Source: Nymphaea colorata (lineage: Eukaryota). Taken from it: a stretch of DNA of 64,000 nucleotides. Made by a program: the position numbers and the translations under genes. Location: positions 35,030,001-35,094,000 of the forward strand of contig NC_045138.2 of NCBI RefSeq assembly GCF_008831285.2, read 5' to 3'. Positions 55,457 to 64,000 of the stretch are shown here, piece by piece (position 1 is the stretch's first letter; every line of letters begins with the position of its first letter). The notes beneath the pieces were generated by a model, which ran no database searches, was not told the origin of the DNA, and saw nothing but the letters and a program-made list of their open reading frames with translations.

Positions 55457-55569
55457 GAGTTCTAGCACACGAAAGTCGAAGTATATTCTTTATTCGACAC
55501 AAACTGTGTTTTTTTGAGGATCCGCCGTGATGATGAGAGAGATTTCTGCATATCCACCCGAATCGAGCA
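55457..55569 (-). other. matK: NUPT matK fragment, copy 2 (duplicated with the surrounding satellite block)
   Basis: It has the same insertion point and sequence as 40605-40717, at an offset of 14852 bp. I see one substitution within the insert (ccgctgtg vs ccgccgtg). Confidence 0.92.
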
Positions 55570-56871
55570 TGCATCTAGTTGGCCATGTGTTGATCGACTC
55601 AACCAGTCAGCCATTTATTTCAATTGCATCTAATTGACATTTTTAACTTTATGGTGGGCATGTTGCTTCATCAAGGACCTAAAACAGTTCCAAGGTTTCA
55701 CAAGACTGCTTTTCCTTTTGTTGTACGGGGTTCATTATATCTTTTGCGATCAAAATGAAACCATCACAGCTCATTTAAATCACATCCCTTGAGCGCAGTT
55801 GTCTAGCATTGCATGTTTTTTATTGATTTTTTTACGTATAACCTCTAAAACTGACCATTATACCGATGCACATAGTTGGTCATGCATTGGTCGTGTCCAC
55901 CAGTTAGCCATTTCTTTCAATTGCATCTAATTAACATTTTTAACTTCATCGAGGGCATGCCGCTTCATCAAGATCAAAGATAAGTTTTGAGGTCTCACAG
56001 CACTGTTTTCCCTTTTGTTGAACAGGGTTCATCCTATCTTTTGCGCTCAAAATCAAACCATCACATATCATTTCAATCACATCCCTTGATCGCACTTGTC
56101 TAGTATTGCATGCTTTTCATTGACTTTCCTCTTGTCGTATGCATAAACTCGTAAAGCTCACCATTATACCAATGCATCTAGTTGGCCATGTGTTGGTCGT
56201 GTCAACCGGTCAGCCATTTATTTCAATTGCATTTAATTTACATTTTTAACTTGATGGTGGGCATGTTGCTTCATCGGGGTCCTAGAGCACTTGTCCTTTT
56301 GTCTTACGCATATCCTCCAAAAGCTGACCATTATACCAATGCATATAGTTGGTCATGCATTGGTAGTGTCAACCAATCAGTCATTTATTTCAATTGCATC
56401 TAATTAACATTTTTAACTTATCGTGGGCATGCTGCTTCATCAATATCCTAGAGCAGTTATGAGGTCTCACAGGACTGCATTCTCTTTGGTTGTACAGGGT
56501 TCATCCTATCTTTTACGATCAAAATGAAACCATCACATATCATTTGAATTACATCCCTTGAGCGCACTTGTCTAGTATTGCATGCTTTCATTGACTTTCC
56601 TTTTGGCATACGCATAACCTCATAAAGCTGACCATTGTACCAATGCATCTAGTTGGCCATGCGTTGGTCGTGTCAACCAGTCAGCCATTTATTTCAATTG
56701 CATCTAATTGACATTTTTAACTTTATGGTGGGCATGTTGCTTCATCAAGGTCCTAAAGCAGTTCCAAGGTTTCACAGGACTGCTTTCCCTTTTGTTGTAC
56801 GAGGTTCATCATATCTTTTGCGATCAAAATGAAACCATCACATATCATTTAAATCACATCCCTTGAGCGCA

Positions 56872-57050
56872 CTTTAAGTTATATGTGTCGCTCTTTCTTG
56901 CCAAGACAATGAAGCATGATGAACACTATTGTGAATAACAAAGTCTAATTTTGTTTATCACTATTTGTCAAGAATGTGCTTCCACATGCAGTATCCGCTA
57001 GTTCCCACTACAACAAACATCGTTCATTGATTTCAATCAATATTTTGTCT
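56872..57050 (-). repeat. Old diverged gag-like unit at the right border of the array
   Basis: The minus strand reads ELADTACGSTFLTNSDKQ. On the plus strand, cactatttgtcaagaatgtgct.ccacatgcag matches 27501-27533, and ttgccaaga.. matches about 27139. Confidence 0.7.
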
Positions 57051-57771
57051 TACCTTTCATTATAAAAGAAACAAACATATCTTAAAGGCATCATATCCAA
57101 AACTCTGATATGCACCTTATATCATATTTTAAGATAAAATTCATCAAAGGAAGACAAGGTTCCTCAGGACATAACATAATAAAGTACAAAAGATATAGTG
57201 ACAATAGTTTGCCAAATAATCACGACTGTATCGTGACATAATACTATAAATCATAATAGAATTTGCACCTTTCCAAAATGAACAACTGCCAAAGCAGTTG
57301 GAACATATAAGAAATTGAAATCCAAGGATAAAAACGGTTCCTAGAACATAAAGTACAAGTTTAGTGATCCTCAAAAAAGGAAACAAGTGAACCAGAACTT
57401 GGTCATCTGTGCACATGAGCAATGTTTTTAAAGTTTAAACCCATTGACCCAGGATTCAACCAGGAATTAATTAAGTCATGACTCTGCAGTTTGACTCAGG
57501 AAGCAGTGAAAAAAAAACCACTGAGCAAGGAAGAGCATATTTTAATGCTCTTCATTCAAGCCAAGGAATGTGATTCTTCAAATTGGCTAACAAAATGGAT
57601 GGTTCAAACATTGACAGGTCAGAAACTTAGAAATAAGTGCATAACAATATTAAAGTATAGCACAGTGCTTTAGCTCATCCTTATAGGAGTTCAGCAGCAA
57701 TTAACAGAATGCCACATACAGAAATAGCTCGTTGAAACAGCCATGAGATGCAAAGCAAGGAAAAAACTAAC

Positions 57772-58700
57772 CTGATGGACCTGTCATGATAGAAATCATT
57801 AACCTTCAAGGCATGAGTCAAGTTTCTAGTTAGTCCACCTGAAGCACCAATATTTGCACCAGCATATTCTTTATAAGGAAATGAACAAGGTGCCCACTGC
57901 AGCAACAAGCATCTCAACACGGATGAGGAAATTTTGAAAATCAGCAGCTTCTTCAGCGAATCAGCAGTCTTTATGAAACGAGACTTGGCAGCTAGAAAGA
58001 CCATAACACCCTGAAAGCAAGACATGCCAACACGTTCTTAGTTACAATTGTTCAAACTAAACCTTTTCCAAGTAGTTATACTCTTTATAAAGAGATGAAA
58101 GTTTACTTCAGATTTTCAACCATTTCAAGTTTAAGTCAAACCCATTGCTGAAGGAAATACCGAAGGAATTTTTTTTGCCAGACAACTCAGCAGATCTAGG
58201 ATTATAATGGAACATAAGTATCTTATTGCCCCCAAATGAAAAGCCAACTTGGATGCACTTTTGTGTTCGTTGCTCCCAGCTCATCAAGAATCCATGGTGT
58301 TACTGACTGCAGCACAAGAGTAGTGCACTCTATATAGTCAAAAGTATTGGGAAGGCCTAGGAAATGGACCTTCAAAAAGGACTAGGTGGGGCAAAGCAGG
58401 CCAAAAAGAAAGAGAATAAAAACAAAGAAGAGTATAAGTCAGGGAAAAGAAGAAGAAGAAAAAATTAAAAAAGGGCCAGTGACACTACCATTTACACCAA
58501 CAATTCACATGTTTCATCACCTTTTGGATGCATTACAATCCCCAACAATGTAGTAAGTTAGACAAATATGCTGTCAAAAGACTTTCTAAACAAGAAAGCC
58601 CAACATGCAACTTCCTAAAATTTTGAAAAATTTTCCCCACCAAACTATATATGATGTGAAGACTTCCAAAGGTACCATGTTGCTAGAACTTCTTCAAAGA

Positions 58701-58743
<43 letters not shown>

Positions 58744-60044
58744 AAAAGGAAGCTTTTTCTCTAATGAAAGAACTAAAAGGTATCTTTTCCCAGATCTTAG
58801 AAAAATGATTTTGCAGATGGATTCTCTCTGCTTATGATTTTGTAACTATTTGACTGCAATTAAATTTTGACATGATGTTTCAAGAATCACTTGGACTTCA
58901 ACATATCAACAAAATGTAAAGCAAAGTTGGTAATTTTTCACAACAAAAATACTCGATGGCTCTTATTACAGAACTGCTATACTCTGCCTTCAGGCTAGTG
59001 TAACTTCCAGTTCCACTCGTGATTCCAAGTCCAATTTCATGCTTCATCTTTTGGTTACGAACACTGAACAGCTAATTGAAATAGAGGATGTTCAAACAAT
59101 GTACAGGATACAACACTGATGGACGGAGAGAGGCAAAGCTTTCCTTATCTTCATACCTATTTCTGTGCTTTCATTGGTCATGGAGAAAGGGAATAGCATG
59201 ATCTTTTCCATGAATTTTCTACTATGAGAATCATGGAATCTTTGATCATCATGCTACTAAGAGAGTCATCGACATGTACACATATGCACACAAGAGAGTG
59301 TGCTCAAATAGCAAAACTTCTCTCTCCTTGGACAATTTTGCAGTGATAGATTTGTTTGGTATTTGGATATATCTAGCCGATATGATTTCTTTCACAAGTA
59401 AAAAAGACAAGCCAAGAACAATAACCTATGACGTTCTCCAAGTAGATACACACCCATCAAGAGGTATGGCAGGAAAGCAGCATGTCATGAGACACCACAA
59501 TGGTTTCAAAACTCTTACCATTTAAACTCAATACAACAGCACCGGGGCCTCCCACCCATGCAAGGCAAAGTGAAAGGAAATTGTAAATGACCCTGCTTCA
59601 TACCTGGAAGCACAGAAAATCCAGTTAAAATTCCAGAATGCATGTATAATATAAAGCATATCATATAGCATACATGCTTAGAACATATACTTCAATTTAT
59701 GTTAGTGATCAGTGAACTGATGGGATGATGATACAAGCACAAAACGTGATAAAGTTCATGAGGACCTAAAACAAGTACCAGCCAAAAGAAGAACCACATA
59801 AAGTTTTAACTTTTAAAAGACTGATTATTCTAGGACACTTATATAAATGATGCTCTAAAGAATGATCATCATCAATATAGAATATCAAAAGAATCAAATG
59901 CCAAGACCATAGAACAGATGCTCCACTTCCACTGCTGCCTGAGTGAAATGTAGTCCTTCTCAGGCCTGCATTTGTTCTTCCTGTCCAAAGGATGCCAGGA
60001 ACTGCAGATTCCGTTCCTAGCATCTCTCTTTCTCACGGTTTTAT
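57772..60044 (-). pseudogene. 5' exons of the same unidentified decayed gene (best exon 58010-57772; others near 58308-58085, 59155-58988 and 60044-59908)
   Basis: 58010-57772 is bounded by TTTCAG| and |GTTAG and is open: GVMVFLAAKSRFIKTADSLKKLL...LLLQWAPCSFPYKEYAGANIGASGGLTRNLTHALKVNDFYHDRSI. Its phase-2 end joins in frame to 25323. The upstream blocks (IKP*EREMLGTESAVPGILWTGRTNAGLRRTTF and SVTPWILDELGATNTK/CIQVGFSFGG) carry stops or frameshifts. Confidence 0.6.
58703..58740. repeat. (CT)n microsatellite
   Basis: Perfect CT run. A similar run lies at about 60121-60175. Confidence 0.95.
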
Positions 60045-60117
60045 CTATAGTACAAGATGTACTAGAAAGGCACATGGTAAGCTTAAATGTCTTTCTCATT
60101 CAATTCAGATCTGAGCA

Positions 60118-60155
<38 letters not shown>

Positions 60156-60830
60156 TCTCTGTCTCTCCCTCTCTCTATAACTCACGTACAACGAACTGCC
60201 AAAAAAACACTACCAATCTAAGTGTCCAAGAAAACTCTGTGGTCACAAATGTGGTCTTTGCTTTTTCTGGCCAGGAAGTGACGTTCAAAGGTTTCTGAAG
60301 AATATCTTTTGGCGAATAAAATATATGTACAATATGTGTGATATATTTTTTAGTTTATTATAACATTGATATGATACATATAACATGTATAATAATGTCT
60401 ATGTGTGTATAAAACGAAAACTTAAAAATGAAAATTTTAGTAATATGTTCCCTACAATTACATTATTAGTACGCCCGTTTTTCTGTAATATAGTAAATTA
60501 TGGTAATGGACTATAGAGTGTATGTGTTGTGTGACTTTGTAGACATGGTCATTACTTTGTATACATGAATGACTCCATCAAACCCTGGGACTAGGCTAAC
60601 TTGGCCAAAACTCTACTGTCACGGCCAAAACTTGGATCACTCAGCCTGGTCATGCAAAGCCAAGTCTTCCCATTTCCTGATTCTTCCATTTTATTGACCA
60701 GATTGGAGATTAAGCTACCAGGTCTCAGACAACTCAGTTGATTCGATCAAGTTATTAAACATGTATAAAAAATCAAGACAAAGATGAATTACAATCCTAC
60801 ACGATTAAAACAAGACAAGGAAGAGATAAC

Positions 60831-62380
60831 CTCATTCACTTGAACACAATTTGTGATGCGCTTAGCTCTACCAGCGACTGCAAAGTCCCCCTTGTTTCGT
60901 CAACATGAACCTATAGATAGATAACTGATTGCATGTAACTATGAGCTTTAATGGAATTGATCAAAAGAAAATGCCTAGAAAAAACAGACTTAAGTTTTAC
61001 CTCTTCAGGTGCAACAGTACAGATAATGGAAGTCTTTGCATTGCCACCAAGAGCAGGCTGAAGAATTGCGGTGAGCTTGCTATCCCTGTAAGGAATATGT
61101 CCTCTGCAAAGATGATATACCAGTGAGAAATTAGAGTCCTAATAATTATACCGCTAACAATGAAAATTTAATAGGACAAAGGGCTACCTATACCAGACCT
61201 TTTCCTAACACCACTATCACTAAGTCTGTTGATAATATTAACAAGGGCCATTAAGCTTTTATTTTTGTATTTTCCTTCCTTCAAACGTATGCCACCAGCA
61301 CCAGTCTGTGAATAGGCTCTGAACCAGCCAAATCTACCAAATTCTGGAAAAAAGAAAAAGGTTTGTATTTTAAACATCCGATATACTCTAAATCAAAAAA
61401 GAAATACTAAGAACTATTATGATCCCATATGCCATCATAGGAAACATATAGAAGATAGTTTCCAGAAGTGTGCTAGATCAGAAACCAAAACAAAGACACA
61501 GATAGCATCTTCATCCCCAAATGCCACAGATTCTTCCCCTCAGCTTTCTATAACCTAAATTGAATCTCAACATTAACCTCCATGGAGAAAGTGTGGAAAG
61601 AGCTAATTATTAACCTCCACGAAACTATGATCTAATCTCAACATTAACCTAGATCATTGATTTTTTCATTATAAACCACCACATATGAAACCCGAATCAA
61701 AAATTCACGATTGTTGTCTAGTTTCAGAAACACAAGCAAACATCAGAAGAGAGATCACCAATCTACCATTTTAAATGTTGGTCTTTATAGCATTCTAGCA
61801 GTTATTCGTGCGAAAAACCAACATGACTACTAATTGAATATGCCGAAAAACTTTCTTGGACAGCCAGATGGATAGCTCCTGGATTATTTGAAGAACCTTA
61901 CATTGTGAAAGTTTTCCACTGCTGGTCTACCCATATGCGAAAACAGTTCCTGCAAGAATTGGGTACCACTTTTTAGAAGAGTCAAACAGCGAAGCTCTCA
62001 GGCATGAGATTTCCTAAATAACCAAAACTAGTGTTGTTTGCGCTCGCAGCAGTTCAAACAATGATTGAGATCACAACGAAGTTACAAAGGAAACGCGGAT
62101 GTGAACATGACCAAAATCGTCCAATCCTTGACAATACTAAAAGAACAAAACTGATTCAAGAGGTACCATTGAATCCGTTGACTGCCGCTTGGTTGACATC
62201 CTTCGTATAGCGCTCATAAACCCTCAAGTTCGTGCAAGTCTCGTCGAACACTTCATCTGCACAGTCAGACCAAGAGCTTGCACTGTAAGAGTGAACCGCA
62301 GAGAAGAGAAGAACCTGCAGGACGGGAGGGCAAAAGGAGTTTAGCGAAAGCGAAGGAGACGCCTGAAATGGGACCAGAAC
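60831..62380 (-). pseudogene. Kinesin-7 (CENP-E-like, KIN7N-type) motor-domain pseudogene with retained introns
   Basis: Exons read: PISGVSFAF (about 62372-62345); DEVFDETCTNLRVYERYTKDVNQAAVNGFN (62256-62167); GTVFAYG*TSSG/TFTM (61949-61831, P-loop disabled); REFLIRVSYVVVYNEKINDL (about 61717-61650); VIES*GE..DAICVFVL (61554-61486); NLVDLAGSEPI/QTGAGGIRLKEGKYKNKSLMAL (61343-61199); [34 protein letters not shown] (61103-61001); VHVDETRGTLQ/AGRAKRITNCVQVNE (60910-60831). The switch-I (SSRSH) exon and everything after the motor domain are missing. Confidence 0.92.
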
Positions 62381-63784
62381 AGTGCGATCGTTAAACGTAC
62401 TTGTAGGGTTCTGTAGAATGTAAGAAAAAGATTGACCGACCGATCGATCACTACGCGGTGAAATCAAGAACAATGATGGACGGTGAACTCTCTCTGGAAA
62501 CCTCTCTATTGCCCTCGATCTCCGAACGGTCTTCTGTTTGTCGGCTTTCGATGGACCGATAGATCGACGATCGAGGGCCGAGGCCGATCGAACTCTTCTC
62601 CACTTCGCTCCTCTGTCTGTCGACCTTTTAGATGCCCCCCTTCCCTTCCAAGCAGTGGACCTAGCGATCGAACAGCATTGTTCTTGTGGGTCGAAAAATA
62701 CCCTAATGAGAGCAGAAAAACAGAAAGAGCGAATGGAGGAGGGAGGAAACTTAGTCTTACTCTACCACCAGAGGCAAGTGGAGACTCTGGTCCAGCGGGA
62801 GGATGATGAATAGGAGCTGCTGCTCGCAATTCCTAATGATGAACTGCGGCAACCCACGCCTGCAATCTGCATCCTTCTTCCATCGTCGCTGCCATCGAGG
62901 ATCCAGCCTCGCTCCGTGAGAGAGAGAGGGTGTGCTTTCCTTCCCTGGAACTAGCGGGAAAAAGAAAAGCCTTGTTGAAACAGTAACCGTTGAGAAGTTG
63001 CGTTTCTTGAACTTTATAACTGAATATTTGCATAACTCAAATCCTGTTGCCGCGCGGCTAATTCCCTCCCCAAGCAATAAAAAAAATCCGGCATAATGCC
63101 TTATTTTTCATTCATTAATTAATGAGTTAACGATAATAAGTGTGAGAATATCAATGGATGAGATTTGAAGATGATGTATCTTTACATCTAATTTATTGGA
63201 TATTCACTTGTTTAAATTCAACTTCAAAATCAAAGTGAATGTATATATTATATTTGAATCTGACTTTTATTGTCACAATTAAACCCGAGCTAGGATCCAC
63301 TTTTAAATTCATAACCACGTCTATTTAAAATTATGATATGCTCCGAACTAGTTTCAAGTTATATGGATGTTCGATATAGGAAATTTTATCTAATGTTTAT
63401 TATCCAGGCATATACTTTTTTAAGACAACTCTAGTCGAATATCATTTCTTAAAATTGAATCAAAAACCCATATTTTCCTGATCGAATGAATTTTTTTCTT
63501 CATATTCGGCAGATTTAAAGCAGTGTAGCCGGATATCAGATCCAAATTCAAATGTCGGGTCATGAGATTCGGGTCATTATTGCTTCAAATGACGTCTTAG
63601 GCCTAAGCATATTCTAGTAATCCTTGTTGCTTGGATCAGAATCTATGGGCTGATTCCCTCTATTTTTATTTTTAAATCAATTTAAAATATTTTAAACTAT
63701 TTTTTAATTTAATTAAGAAGTTAGCCCATCTCCATCTATATTTCATTCCCATGATTTCAGAAATTTGAGAAATAATGTGTCAAC

Positions 63785-63787
<3 letters not shown>

Positions 63788-63847
<60 letters not shown>
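63788..63847. repeat. (TA)n microsatellite
   Basis: Perfect TA run. A shorter one lies at about 7012-7040. Confidence 0.97.
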
Positions 63848-63848
<1 letters not shown>

Positions 63849-64000
63849 CACAAAAAAAACATATGTTTGAATGGGGTTAATGTTTCTATGGAAAATCTAA
63901 TGGCCCCGTTTTTTTGACCTACATTTGACACTAAAGCTAAAAACAACATGCAAATCATGTAGATTTCCGTTAATTAATAAAAAAAAAATCGGTTAATTTG

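Larger units (their letters stand above)
30281..56871. repeat. ~26.6-kb tandem satellite array with a ~307-bp monomer plus 199-bp and 167-bp deletion variants, roughly 85-95 units (estimate)
   Basis: The core atgcatctagttggccatgcgttggtcgtgtcaaccagtcagccatttatttcaattgcatctaattgacatttttaact recurs throughout. Spacing of homologous ORF starts is 307 (34902/35209), 199 (37001/37200) and 167 (36297/36464). Confidence 0.97.

Noticed and set aside
30630..56648. Dozens of similar 60-126 aa plus-strand ORFs (M..WSCQPVSHLFQLHLIDIFN...) suggesting a tandem small-peptide gene family
   Set aside because: Most start at TTG. The monomer length (307) is not a multiple of 3, stops and frameshifts vary between copies, and the only protein signal is on the opposite strand (gag relic).
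30281..56871. CRISPR-like array, or a 5S rDNA/snRNA/tRNA tandem cluster
   Set aside because: There are no unique spacers and no cas genes, and the context is eukaryotic. I saw no 5S, tRNA or snRNA motifs in the monomer.
60831..62473. Functional kinesin gene
   Set aside because: It has in-frame stops (including in the P-loop exon), at least three frameshifts, and lacks the switch-I exon and the tail.

Overview
This is plant nuclear DNA: AT-rich, with GT-AG introns, microsatellites and LTR/TIR elements. A plastid matK insert points to an angiosperm host. I found no intact protein-coding gene. About 27 kb (30.3-56.9 kb) is a tandem satellite with a ~307-bp monomer and recurrent 199-bp and 167-bp deletion variants, organised in higher-order duplications. 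Read on the minus strand, the monomer and its older, more diverged flanking units translate into recognisable Athila/Tat-type Ty3/Gypsy gag motifs, so the satellite appears to have been born from retrotransposon coding sequence. The array abuts broken Ty1/Copia pieces (LTR-PBS-gag and INT-RT-RNaseH). It lies inside a ~32.4-kb intron of a decayed, unidentified minus-strand gene. It carries two hAT-type non-autonomous elements with 8-bp TSDs (one has captured the first exon of a methylesterase gene), two copies of a 113-bp matK plastid fragment and a 273-bp filler insert. The flanks are a mosaic of disabled gene fragments (kinesin-7 motor exons, GFAT exon 1, phospholipase D, ILR1-like amidohydrolase) and local duplications. 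All protein family calls come from manual translation and recalled motifs, not database searches. Many boundaries are approximate.
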